From Bispira polyomma (taxonomy: Eukaryota), in assembly GCA_965649765.1 (NCBI GenBank), contig OZ287752.1, positions 3,348,001 to 3,412,000 of the forward strand: a DNA stretch of 64,000 nucleotides. The letters run 5' to 3'. The position numbers were made by a program, and so were the translations under genes. Below, piece by piece: positions 38,655 through 51,734 of the stretch. Every line of letters begins with the position of its first letter. The first letter of the stretch is position 1. A model generated the notes under the pieces. The model saw only the letters and a program-made list of their open reading frames with translations. It was not told where the DNA came from and ran no database searches.

Positions 38655-38997
38655 TGTGCATTTGCCTCACTTTCAAGGCACTTAGAGGTGAAGGTCCAAG
38701 GTATCTGAGAAACCTATTGAATGTCACTACTCCAGTCTATCAGACAAGACATCAAACTGGCTTGAAGTTGTTCATTCAGAAAACAAGACTAGTCTCTGCT
38801 GGGGACCGGTCATTCAGTGTGACTGCCTCTAAGCTATGGTACAATCTACCTTCAAAGTTACAATGTTCAACAGACATTTTTAAAAAAAAGAACTAAAAAC
38901 ACACCTTTTTACAGAAACCTACGAGTAAAATCTGCATCCAAAGCGCCCTGATCACTCATGTGGATTTCGCGCTATATAAAAAACTCTTATTATTATT
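38655..38997 (+). mobile_element. L2 LINE 3' end
   Basis: LTFKALRGEGPRYL..GDRSFSVTASKLWYNLP..LKTHLF; tail agcgccctga..gcgctatataaa..(tat)n. Confidence 0.85.
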
Positions 38998-39094
38998 AAT
39001 ATACTGATATTTTTTTTTATCGTACTCTACTTTGTATCTAAAACTGAAGAACATTATAATCTTTGTACAGTGTATATGCAGTTTGAGTCATGAA

Positions 39095-40572
39095 AATCAG
39101 TGATGTCTGTTCAGGAAGCAGAGCTGTTCGATCAAAATATCTGGACATGAGTGTACTTCACCGTGCAAAAAGAGCTTGGTACAACAAAAGTAAGGGCCAA
39201 CTAGCAAGTTGCTGTTTGGAAGACATCTCTAACTTTAAAACCAAAAGTGCCATCTCCTGATGGTCATGGTTGGTCAGTGGTAGATGAAAGACTAGAACCA
39301 TTATGGCTTGAAGGGACATTTTTTACCTAAAAATAACTGATTGATATTGCACCCAAAGATGATTCAGAACAAGGTGTTTCTGCCAGTGATTATTGTGGCA
39401 AAGCTATTGCAGAAAATGCACCTATGAACTCACTGTCAGAATCTGGTGATAATTAGGATTGATCTAATGATTTTTTTCACAAAATGCTTTACTTTTATTT
39501 GTTTTTTGAATGTTTATATCAAAGAAATAAAACTTTATTGGAAATGTATATTGAATATATATTTAGTTTACTTTGTGTTACCACCCATATATGTCTGCTC
39601 AAAAGGATATGTATATGGCATGGATTAAAGAAGAATGCATTAGATTTTAAGACTTATTTAGATAAAAGCATGTTTTCAATTTTGTTATATTTTATGGATT
39701 TACCAGAATTTTTTCAAGTAATGGAAATAAAGGTACATAAAAGATCAGGAATATGTTTGACAAAGTATAGCAACACAAGTTACAAATGAATGTAGCTAAT
39801 TTACAGGTGGTTATTTTTGATTGGTCATATATATATATTTATGTATGTAACTAGGCTAAAGCATTTATCTACACACAGTATGTAGTAAATTAGAACAAAA
39901 CAGTTTTCGAAAATACTTCTGTAATTATTATGGTTTCTGATGAACATGCACTGTTAAAATGGTGATGACTGCTGATCAGAACACATCAATATTGGCGGCG
40001 GTATATTCTTACAGTGCACCTTCTGCTTATATATATCTGAACATGTTAATCAGCAATATTAAATAATTATTATTAAATTGCCTGACATCCCTGTAATTCA
40101 CAGAAAACTCTGAGTTAAATTGACTGAAGAAAATTTGATGTGATATTTTAAAAACATAAGGTCTACTACGCAAAATTGTTAATTTTTGGCATCTTCATTC
40201 AAATATGAGGTGAAAAATCTCACATACCAATTTCTAATACACTATGCCTATACATCTTCAGACAGCCTATCTAGTGTACTTCAATATGATATATAGCATA
40301 CTGCCTTTGGTTTTACTAAATGAGTAAATAATAACAAACATTGAGCATACCCTGATTTTGCATTGAACAAAAAGCGGTAAATTTCCCTTATATGGGTATT
40401 TTCACATTTATGACTCAAACTGTTAATGCATCCCAATATTTTTAATGTTACAATTCCATTTCATATTCTAGAGATCCTTAGGCCTTAGAAAAACTTACCT
40501 TTGTTAAGATGGAGAGGGGGGGGGGGGTGTGGGGGTGGGGGGGTGTGGAACCTATCTCGCCCATGGCCTCTA
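39095..40572 (+). mobile_element. DNA transposon remnant, possibly Academ (C-terminal coding fragment and right end)
   Basis: DMSVL..PCKKSLVQ..RAN*QVAVWK..PDGHGWSVVDERLEPLWLEG..LP..LIDI (39146-39348); G-rich end ...cctatctcgcccatggcctcta. Family assignment from memory of the motif. Confidence 0.45.
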
Positions 40573-42444
40573 GTAGGTATTACAAATGTGAGGATCCCTG
40601 GTGCATTCACTCCAGGATTTGCTTAATGGATGATATTGTTGTGGAAATGACTCCGTTTGATCTGCTGCCACAATTACTTCAAAACTGTTTGAAATAATCG
40701 TGGCAGAGCTCTCCGTTTCTGGAGGACGTCTCCACTTGTCTGTATAAGTAGCAGTAAGCCACAGTAAGTAGCAGTAAGTAGTGATATCCCACTCATCTGT
40801 ATTCGTTCTGAAACGCTACACTGAGTATCTGAATCCAGCAGAACGCAGCAGTAAGTAGCAGTACAGTAGCTTTACGTAGTAGTAGGTAGTGATATCCTAA
40901 AAGTAAAGTGTTCGATTTTTGCCCCGCTCCATATCAACATTCTCACAAAACGTCATGAAACGTCACAATCGATTGCAATCGACAATATGTATTTATTTCC
41001 AAGCAGTCATTTTTTTCTTATGTTTCATTAAAACATACATATTGTGTACTGACTAAGTTGACCATGTGTGTATAATAGTGTCAGACGTCACTCCAGTTAC
41101 ATAACAAGCTAGTTCATTAATGAAATATCCTGCCTCACTCACACAAAGTTTTCCATCCCAACTCTTTTTCTTCAGCTGAGAATGCCAATATCAACCCTCT
41201 GAAATCACTTTTAAGCAAGAATAGCATAGAATAATATATTATAACGTAAAAGTCCCCCCCCCCCCCATTACTGGATTGTGATGAGGGAAATTTCACTCAG
41301 GTTCAGTTGACCGTATAGTGTGTAACATATCTCTGTCAATGTATGTATACATTGCATGATCATATCATATATGCTGTATGGGCCATGTGGCTTCTATATA
41401 TGGGTTATAACTGAGCTCTGTACATTGCTCCTGTATTCGTGGAGCAATTAGCTCAATGGTGTATCAGGTGTATTAGTGTGGCCAACAGCTCAGTGGGCTG
41501 ATGTCTGAATTACATATGATTTATTATGGTATAATTGTTGTAAAGGTCAGAGGTTACGGTCTGGGTGACCATGTGCTAAGGGCTATATAAGGCCTTTGTA
41601 ACAGTAACTCTGGGCATTTGATGGTTGTAGGTATGATGGAATGTGCGAACCCATCCGTTCCACACCCTGTTATAAAAACTATATCCCAAACTTTTTCTTT
41701 TTATACTATTTTAACTGTATTATGTTATTATTATAATGGATTAGTCAATTAAACCTTTACTTGAAATGACTTCAAAAGATTGACACACATGTTATTACCC
41801 TGAATACTTTAATGTGTGACATAAGAATATATTCATTTATGTAAATGTATAAATGTGTGTAGGTTTATAGTCAAATATCACCTCTATTGAGGTATCAGCA
41901 TACATAAATCACATAAGTCTTTAACATGTAATACTTTGTCAAAGTCAAGTGATGAAATAAATAACATAATTATTTGACACAAAATAAGTCGGTTTTGCTA
42001 TATAATAAGTTAATAATAAGTAATCTGATACAGAATAAGTCAGCTAATACACAACGAGCAGTTGATACAAAATCACGTCAATAGGATATGTAGGAAAATC
42101 TGGACACAATGCAAAAAGACAAAGTTAAACTTGACTGTTTGTTAAGTGATATTTGAAAAACCTTACCCACGTGATCCATTACTAGAAACTGTAAACTATA
42201 TATTATTTCTTGAAAAATGATCCTATTAATAAAACAGAACAAATGGCAATAGTTTAATGATGTTGAATTTGTTTTTGTTATAAACTATAAATCAAAAGCT
42301 ATCTGCACAATATAAATGTTATAAGGAATTTCATGTTACCCAATGATTACATTCCCCAAAGACTATCTTGCCTTTACAAATAGTTGTACTGGAAACACCT
42401 TGATTGGGAAAGTTTCTCTTTAATCGTATTCTGTGGTTGTGTGC

Positions 42445-42558
42445 TTTTAAAATTGATGGTCAGATTTATCTGTCATTATGTTATATTGTATTGTGTAGTT
42501 GAGTTCTATTCTGATTGATGGTCATCAGATTTATCTGTCATTTTGTCATATTGTATTA
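42445..42558. repeat. ~60-bp tandem repeat, left part; same unit at 49070-49221
   Basis: tcagatttatctgtcattatg..ttctattctgattgat at both positions. Confidence 0.8.
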
Positions 42559-42569
42559 TTTGCTAAAAA

Positions 42570-43516
42570 ATACCAGTAAAGAATCTCAGTAATGCAATGT
42601 CTGAATCACATTAGAGTAATCCAAACATATCAAAAGCAGAGATCTCTCCACCATTCTGGTTTAATAGAGATATAATTTCAGCAGCTGATATCCTTAATGC
42701 GAAAGGGGACTGCATATCTCAAAGAGAATTGATTGTTTTATAATATTAGAACCAACTTTCTCGAATATAATAGAATTACCATATGCATAAAAGTCTTTCT
42801 AAATAAGTTTAAATGGAATCAAAGGAACACCAAAAACCTGTTTACCCTTGTCAGGTCAAAATTCTGTGTAATTAAAAAAAAAAAGTATTTTGAATAATCA
42901 CTCAAATGAGAGTCACAACACATCTCTGTCATACTAGGAAGAATCACTAGGTATTAGTTTATCAGAAATCACTTTGAAACAGATAATTAGGATATACTTT
43001 CAAAGAGTAAAGAATAATGACTTGATATGGATGCAGTACAGAGTACTGTACAGAATCTTAGGTACCAATGACCTCTTATTAAAAATAGAACGTCATGCAA
43101 GTGGAAACTGCAATTTGTGCAATCATTATATGGAAATGGTCATGCATCTGTTTGTAGAGTGTGATTTTGTAAAAAAGGTTTTGTCTGAACTTAAAATGAA
43201 TTTCCAAATTACGCTGGAGATCGATTTAGATGTTAATCCCTCTTCTATAATATTAGACTATTCCAATAGATATTATTTACCTTGCAACAAAAATGTATAT
43301 TTTTAAAACCTCGAGAACAAAAGCAAAAATTAAACATAGAAGCTTTTGCAATTATTTAAGATTTATACTTCAAGAACAGGAACAGGTTGCCAGGTTGGAG
43401 CTTAAACATGATAATTTTAGACGAATATGGAGTAATTTTAACTACCTCTACAACAATAAGTGTTTTGAGAATAACAAGATAATGAACCTGTAATGTTTTT
43501 GTATGGTTTTGTCATT
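42570..43516 (+). mobile_element. L1/Tx1-type LINE 3' fragment; tail resumes at 49026-49067
   Basis: SPPFWFN; LIWMQYRVLYRILGTN..CNLCNHYMEMVMHLFVEC (zf-RVT); MYIFKT..EQEQVA..FRRIW. Confidence 0.85.
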
Positions 43517-45199
43517 TGTGCAGAGCACCACCCAATAGAGGTCTGCTGGTTCAGTTCACTAAGTAAAGCATCTACCTTAACCCCTGGAAACTGATGTGGT
43601 CACTATCATCTGTCCCCATAATTCACCAGCCAATTAGATTTACTATACTGCAAGCATGCTACTTTAGGTAGGGGTCACCCTTCCATTTTGAAAAGGAACC
43701 ACCAACTCGAAACACGAACATTTTATAAAGGCTATTATACATGGTAGCTTGGTGGTTTCTGGTATTTAGTATTTTAGTTTTTTACATTTAGTTTGTTTTT
43801 ATATTATAGTATACTTTATGTGTTTCATATATGCATAACTAAGTATGGGCAGGACGAAGAAAACTCTTCTTCTGAAGCTTCTGAAGTGAAATTGACCAAG
43901 GTCAGACAGACAAACGTCTAGAAAGGAAGGTAGTTAGGTATCATACGACAACATTGTCACAGATTTATCGGGCCCATTTGATCAAGCTGGTTCAGAACAT
44001 TCTTCTCCTCCTACTAACCAGGGCCAATTCAACTTCGGTCTGTACTCGTTACAGATGGTGGGGAAATGCTGTCCATTTTAAGAAGACTAGATCAGTCAAA
44101 CGCTTTGCTTTCATAATGGTTGGACAGAGTTGAGGCGAGGGACACGAATACCCACTCGGCTTCTCCAATACTACATATGCCTCAGGTACAACAGGCAGCT
44201 TCGTTACCTATGGCTCCTGCAACACAACCAGCCCCAGGTCCACTCATTGGAAACGACTACACATGAGAAGGGATCATACTGCAAACGGAAGTGTTGAAAT
44301 CCTTGCCATGCGTTGGTAAATCAGCGATTGGCCAAGTACAGCCTTCAAGCCCAAGCGACCTCTACTGAAGGTAAGACCCTTCGACAAAAGTTGGGTCGGT
44401 TTAACGAGACGGACATCCCTACAAGTAATCCTTAACTTAGATGGGCCAACGAGGGGTGGACGGGCGGCTCCGCTAAGAAACATCCTCTCTATGATAATCT
44501 TACTGTACCTCAGTGGGCATCCAGCAAGTGTGTGCAAAAGGTGGATCATGTTAAATAAAGCATGTGTGTTGGCATTGGCACAGTTCTCCATAAAGATTTG
44601 TAGAACTAAATTGAATGTCAGCACTAGCTGCACTGGAAATACATATAATTTGTCGGCTGACAAGCAAGTGGAGATAAGTGAACAGATTTCGAGTTGGGAT
44701 AAAGCAAATGTCAATAGTAGGTATACAGGCAGGTTACATTACCTGTCGTATTTCTTCAGAGCCATAAAACAAATTTATCAGGTTTCTATGTAGTGGGTAA
44801 TGGAATTATGGGCCAGGAAGGTCATTATTATAAATGCTAAGACAAGCCAATTACTATGATTGACACCAGTTACAGATTCATCACACTTGTTGACCATGTG
44901 GAAGAGAAAGATCAAAGCAGTGCTATGGTTGCCAATTTCAGACACAATGCTGAAATTACTTAGAAATTTTTTCAAAAAGATATGTATTACAAAGAACATT
45001 TCAACATGAATTATACTGATTATGTAACTGATATTTTTGACAAAATGTTGTATGGTAGCAGAGATAATAAAGTATCACTGAATGATGTAACTAGACCTGT
45101 TCAGGTCAGCACAGTTAAATCCTGTGAGAAAGGTACAGTATCACCGTCTGTTCTTCTTCAGAATGAAGGTTTTTAGACTGTATTCACAACACTGGTGTT

Positions 45200-46790
45200 G
45201 TGACAGCAGATAAGGATTTCAACTTACCAAATAAAAATAAGGGGTTTCTTGCTTTGACAGAGACAAAATTTAAATTTCAGGGACTTGACAGGGTTCCCAT
45301 ACACATAACCTCACGACAACAAATGTTAGATTTGGCTAGGGTTATTAAGGACACGAGATGTCCAAATTACAAAATTGCTAGATTCCCCCTTATTTTGGGC
45401 TTAAATATCAAAGCTTGGGAAGAAATACTACAGGGTTATCCAGATGAACTTCTGATCCAGTGTTTAAAATTTGGTTTTCCCTTGTCGTTAACTAACCCAC
45501 AGTTACTTAAAGTTAAGGAAGTTACCAACCACATTTCTGCCCTTCAACATATTCCAGCCATTAGTCAATATCTAGAAAAGGAAAAGCAATGTGGGGCAAT
45601 GTTGGGGATCTATTCCAGAGTTTGACGATAATTTTTTTCATAGTCTCCATTGCTCACCAGACATATGTAATATTTCTAAACGGCATGTAATACTCAATTT
45701 ATCTCATCCCAGAGGGGACTTGCTTAATGATAATGTAGACAGGGATAAGTTTGATGGAGTCAACATCATTCTTAAATTTCCTACTATCGGCGACATAGTC
45801 GAAAAGATCCGTAGTACCCACAACCCTAAGGTTTTCAAATTTTGTAATTTGAGAGTCGATCCAGTTGATGCTGTTAAATTGGGAATCTGTTTTCAAGATA
45901 ATAAGTATATTGATCCTGCGGTAGCATTCAGATGGGTCCTTAGGTTTTCAAATTTTGTAATTTGAGAGTCGAGCTTTTCAGTGTTGTTCCAACGTGTTTG
46001 CATACACTATGGCTAAACTCAAACACACCATATTATGTATATATCAATGATTATGTCAGCATATCGACGGAAACAGAATTGGATGAAGCATTTTGAGTAC
46101 TATATGACTTAGTCACTTCCCTAGGTTTACCTCTTAACCCTGAAAAAATGAGCAAACCTAGTTCAAAAATTACTTGCCTAGGCATAGATATAGATGAGGG
46201 CACCATAAGTATTACTGAAGACAAATTACAGGAAACTTATGTATGATTTGTGTTTGAAGGTCAGAAAAAAACAATGGGTTTCACGTTCAAAATTCCAAGG
46301 CAAGCTGTTATATAGAAATGTGTCAAGCCTGCACATATCTTTATCAATAGATTACTTATTGCGTTCTGACGTAACAGCCAGGCGAAACGGTTTAAGATCA
46401 CACAAGAAATCAAGGCAGATCTCTCCTGGTTTGTGAAGTTCTTACACAGTTACAACATGCTACCCCATAATTTAATGTATATGGTCAGTCTTTATCGATA
46501 GTACACATAAAAATGTTGAACATACTCATAGCTTTGCGAGTTTCGGGTGAGCAATGGAGACACAAACGAATCAGAATACATTGTGGTAATATAGCTGTCG
46601 TCCTGGTAGTAAAGTCTAATAAAACTAAGGTTAATTTTCTGGTATTATGTCTTAGGAATATCTGGTTATTCTCGGCTGCATATGACATAACCTTTGAAAT
46701 ACAACATGTTAGGGGTAAGGAAAATGTTATTGCCGACTTACTGTCGAGATTGTTTTCAGATCAACCCCCCTCAAGGGGAACAGTTTAAGA
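45200..46790 (+). pseudogene. Retrotransposon RT-RNase H (DIRS-order type), disrupted
   Basis: LNIKAWEEILQGYPD..LKFGFPL..NHISALQH; RHVILNLSHP..FPTIGDI; YINDY; ITCLGIDID; LNILIALRV..W..KRIRIHCGN..HVRGKENVIADLLSR. Confidence 0.9.
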
Positions 46791-46864
46791 TTATTAGGGA
46801 CAAGTGTACCTGGCACAACATACCAATAGAATACTTTGATTTAAACATTGATATCTAATTTCAG

Positions 46865-47848
46865 GGTGCAAACCACTTTACACAGAACTTTAGTGACTCA
46901 GTCAGCCTGGAGAAGAATTAACTCAGCATTAAGACCAAAAACCATGGTCACCTACAACAACCAGTTTAGAACATTCATATCATTCATGTGTTATGCTGGA
47001 ATTCAAACCATGAATACTCATGCTTTCATAGCTTTTCTTGAATATTTGGTTCAGAATAACAAATATTGCTGCCATAAACGAATAACTATATTGCTGCCAT
47101 AAAACGTATAGCCAAGAAAATATATTGAAGTCTGACTATCTTCGATAACAATATAGTATCCATGTTCACAAGGAGTCTCATCCACACCTCATCTTTCTGA
47201 CCTAAACCTAAGGGAATCTTTGAAATCCATCACTTGTCCCTCATTTCAAAAGCTTGTGAAATTTTGGATGATCCTCCTTTGTTTAGAGCAATTTTCCTGT
47301 TAGCCTTCTTTGAATTTTTGAGAATCTCTAACATAGCCCCTCATTCCAGAGCAAAATTCGACTCAATCCGTCATTTCTTAAGGAAGGATGTCGTGTTTGG
47401 ACACCCCGGAGCCCATGTTATTCTAAAATGGGCTAATCATTTGCAAAACAGATCTGAGAGTCACATTTTACAAATTCCACTTTTCAAAAACTTCAATTTA
47501 TGTCCATTTAAGGTACTTCAGGAATTAATGTCATCTAGACCACCTGAGCAACACATGCCACTCTTTGTCAATAAATACCAACCACATGACATCAATGTGG
47601 AATCACATATCAGATTTGCTTTAAGCTCAGTATTACAACACATAGGTATGCCCTTGGACTCCCGCAGTTTCCATACATTTAGAAGGTCAGGGGTGACCTA
47701 TGCCTTTAATAACAATGTGTCATAACAGAACATAAAGACCCATGGACTCTGGAGGTCATCAGCTGTGTGGTTCTATTTACATAAAATTTCTCAAGCCAAT
47801 TCTGCCATTCCACTTACTTTCGCCTCTTCTATTCCCTCTACTTCTTAG
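46865..47848 (+). pseudogene. Retrotransposon tyrosine recombinase, disrupted
   Basis: ALRPKT..Y; FLRISN (catalytic R), LCP, HTFRRSG (HxxR), HGLWRSSAVWFYL (catalytic Y); in-frame stops. Confidence 0.92.
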
Positions 47849-49069
47849 TTTGGCTTAGGTGCTTTTAAAAATTTGGGTATATATTTTTAAACCTTTTACC
47901 TACTTTAACCCTACCTGTAAATATAATAAAATATATGAACTAATATGTACAGTAACAAATAAATATCTCAAACAAGAGTTTTACTACCTTAACAAAATTA
48001 TAATATTGGACACTTGAACTCCTTCATTGACCTTTCACCTTTACCAAGTACAACTGTGCAGAACACGACCCAATAAGGGTCTGCTGGTTTAGTTCACTAT
48101 GTAAAACATCTACCTCAACCCCTGGGGACGATGTGGTCACTATCATCTGTCCCCATAATTCACCAGCCAATCAGATTTACTATACTGCAAGCATGCTACT
48201 TTAGGTAGGGGTCACCCTTCCATTTTGAAAAGGAACCACCAACTGGAAACACAAACATTTTCCCACCCCTACCCTTTACCACAGCTTAAGAAGATTTTAA
48301 GGAGGATTTAAGACCAATTTATGACTAGGATGAACTAACATTTCATTCAAAGTTATGTGACATTTAAGCTGATCCATCTTGCTCAGTTGATTTCTATGAC
48401 AGATCTACCTAGATAACTCGCATGCCACCTCCAATTTGTTATAAGGTATTGTGAATCCTAATTGTTTAGGGCATATACTATGTGGACAAGAGTTTACTAT
48501 AGCCACTGACAGAGTAAAGACTGGAGAACGCGGATTGATACATATATGAAAATCTTCCTAGAAATATTTCAGCTAGTAGAGTATATCGTAGTTTGAGTAA
48601 GGCTGGTATAATACAGCTAACTGATGATAGTTATAAACAGTATATTAAAGTGTAACATATTTAGGACGCAAGTCTGTTAGTTGTGATAGTTGATTTATCA
48701 AGAAATGGTAATAGGGGACTAATTTTCTTTATAATGTTGATTGGTTTTATTCTGGTCTCTTCAGTTGGGTTTTCCGAGTAGACTGCTTTGTTATTTTCTA
48801 GTCTTTTGACTTATTGATGTATGCACTACTCTGTGTGATGGGTGCTTTTAAAAATTTGCTTTTACCTACTTTTAACACTACCTGTAAATATAATAAAATA
48901 TATGAACTAACACGTACAGTAACAAATAAATATCTCAAACCAGAGTTTTACTGTCTTAACAAAATTATAATATTGGACACTTGACCTCCTTCATTGACCT
49001 TTCACCTTTACCAAGTAGAACTGTGTGTGTCTGCAACTGTGTTTTGTCAAGTGTTATTGTGAAAAAGGA

Positions 49070-49221
49070 GTCATCAGATTTATCTGTCATTATGTGATTG
49101 TGTGGTTGTGTTCTATTCTGATTGACAGTCAGATTTATCTGTCATTATGTCATATTATATTGGGTGGTTGTGTTCTATTCTGATTGATAGTCACCAGGTT
49201 TATCTGTCATTATGTCATATT
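49070..49221. repeat. ~60-bp tandem repeat, right part
   Basis: Same unit as 42445-42558, ~2.5 copies. Confidence 0.8.
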
Positions 49222-50314
49222 TAAATGCTAACTTTATCTTGATAACACAAATACATTCAACCAGCACCAGTAATTATCATTTATCAACATCCCCAAGGTT
49301 CTTTAGTCTGATACACTGGGGAGAGGAATAACTGACCAAAAACCAAAATAACCTGTATAGTATGAATTAATGACCAAAAACCAAAGTAATCTTTATAGTA
49401 TTTCGATATCTTTTACATTAATGAGTGTTCAATAGTAAAGACTTTATTTCAATTTATTATTGCATAGGCTGTTGAAAAGTGTGTTTTTTGGCAAGTTATT
49501 TGTAATTGGGTATTATTGTATTGTACACTGTCTTACTGTTTTATGTAACTGTATTTGTAATGTTCTTTGTCTGAATGTGTATACCAAAGATTTAAAAAAA
49601 GAGTGTTCATTTATTGGGAAAAATGTTTCAAAAAGGTGTAATATTTAAACCATAACCACCAAATATTGGAGTAAGCCAATGCAATATATTAACACAAGTT
49701 ATAAACTGGTGAAGGAAATAATGAGTAATTTTAGAACAAGTTATTACTGATCATTCATTAAAAAATGTATAATATTCAAACCGGAACTGACATAATTTTG
49801 GAGTTGTCCAATGTAATGTAGCTAGTAATAAACTGATGAGAAAGATGTTTGTGGCTTAGTATAACCCAAAATAATAAATTTGATGTTTAGTTCAATTCCC
49901 ATATGTTTCAAGGCTCAAAATATTTCTTGTGTGAACTGCATCCTAAGATGTATATATTCAATTAACAGGCAAGACTTCAGCAACATACCTTCGACGAAAA
50001 TGAGGGTGTTTCGGATTTGGAAATTCCTGGGAATCTGTGAGTAATTGTAAGCTATGTTGATTCTACGAAAGACACTATTACTGGTAGCTGTAAATACTTC
50101 GTTCGAAGATTTTATATTATTTTAAAAATTATGCCAGAAGCACTGCAGTATGATGCATACAAAACCAGATACCTATAAACTCATTTTGCATGAAACCACA
50201 TATGTTCTGTACAGAGGGTTACTATAATAAATGGGATGCATACATGTTATACATATATGTCTTAAGCAACTTACTTATAACATCATTTGTACCGTTATCA
50301 ACACAACATGTTAC

Positions 50315-51710
50315 CTCTGGGAATACTATATCTTTGAAAGGCCAGCAGAACTTTTCTTCCAGAAGAAGTACACTTTCATCGTAATACTCTGTAAATGATG
50401 ATATTGAATAATTCTGCGACACATACATATGATTTGAAAGAGCTTCTTTGTAGCGAAATCCAAAATAGATAAACTGAGAATTTTCTAGGTGTGATTTGAA
50501 GGGTAACACCAATTTATTCTGCTTGCGCGAAAAATAACTTTGCCGAAGATGTTTCTCCATGTTTTCCGCAACTTTAGCAAAGTTCTAGTGCCACCTTTCA
50601 TAGAAATACTGTGATCTATAATGATAAAATGGGTGTCTTATGGTTGCTATGTATTCTGTGTCTTTTTTCATTAAACATCGTATTAGGCCCTCGTCAAATT
50701 TACCATGTGTGGCTTGTGTGTCAAATCGAAATGATGTTTTGACTGTCAACTTTTCACAATCAAGTAGCTAAAGAAGTCGCGTTGGATGTGGAAATTTCTT
50801 TTGGATAACATATGTGGTCAAATTGTACTTAAGAATAAATCTATTCAAAATGCTAGCAATAGTTGAGCTTCCAGTTTTCATTACCTTAAGAAAAAAATGT
50901 GTCTGTGTGGCTCACAAAGAAGAGCTTTGGTCTCCAGAAACTTTACATCAACTGCTTTTGTTCTGGTATTTGTTAACTCTGCACTGCAAAAAAGGACTAC
51001 AAATTATATTAAAACTGATTCACATAATTTAAAATAAAAATAAAACTATTTGCATTTTGTATTTCAGACGTGCCTTATTTATGCAAGGCTTCTTCTAACT
51101 GCAACAACCGAATTCATTAACAAATCTAGAACTCCAGAAAACATAGCCACATTGTAAGGAGGGATGTAGGGGGTGTACAGTGCAGAAACTGAATTTGGAT
51201 ATTTAACGTCCACTCTAGTACCTTTTAGTAGGTTATGTTGGGACGGGTAGTTGGAAACGCTGGAGGAAACACTGCATTCAGTCGGTCAAGGTTCTGCAGA
51301 GAAACCAGCGGCCCACAGTAAGGAACTACCACCTTTCCCACATAGGCATCGACGGGATTCGAACTCACGCCGCCCAGAGGTGAGAGACCAGTGATTGTGA
51401 AGCGCAATGCTTGCTAACCACTAGGCCACCGCGGCCCCTTCTAAACCCAGAAATGGTGATCTAAGCTCAACTGGGGGACTATTCTTTAACAAAGGGGAGT
51501 CCTCCAGTAATATCAGACACTTAGGCAAAGTTCATATTCCCTAGATTCTTGACAAATAAAATAACTATTTATTTGATGTAAATAATATACCTGTGTTAAA
51601 CTTGTGCATGCCTTGGGGTAACAAGGACATCAGTATATACAGGCTAACTGCACCGACCAAAATCACCTCAAAAGTAAAGCAAATGGCAACATCTAACAAG
51701 CCTAGATTGG
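50315..51710 (-). pseudogene. Galactose-3-O-sulfotransferase (GAL3ST)-family pseudogene; main exon ~50978-50315, candidate TM exon ~51710-51591
   Basis: CEPHRHIFF/LKVMKTGSSTIASILNRF (frameshift near the T-run at 50891-50897); HGKFD..LMKKDTEYIATIRHP..S.YFY; LENSQFIYFGF; TEYYDESVLLLEEKFCWPFKDIVF; in-frame TAG at 50770-50768 and 50587-50585; donor gtaaca at 50314. Confidence 0.8.
51190..51438 (-). mobile_element. tRNA-derived SINE (family A), full length
   Basis: Highly similar reverse complement of 56443-56692; A box tggcctagtgg, B box gttcgaatcc. Confidence 0.92.
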
Positions 51711-51734
51711 TCAAACAAGTTGAAAATGCTGTAT

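Larger units (their letters stand above)
43517..49025 (+). mobile_element. Tyrosine-recombinase retrotransposon with split direct repeats (Ngaro/PAT type); structurally complete, coding regions decayed
   Basis: A1 43517-43724, B1 47858-48058, A2 48055-48261, B2 48841-49025; gag-like region, RT, RNase H and YR in order between A1 and B1; no TSD. Confidence 0.93.

Noticed and set aside
41321-41821. Possible solo LTR (tgtaaca...tgaca, TATA-like and attaaa signals)
   Set aside because: No matching TSD and no second copy in the window
49990-50172. Possible last exon of the GAL3ST pseudogene
   Set aside because: AG acceptor and LY/FW-like codons are suggestive, but no consistent frame could be built
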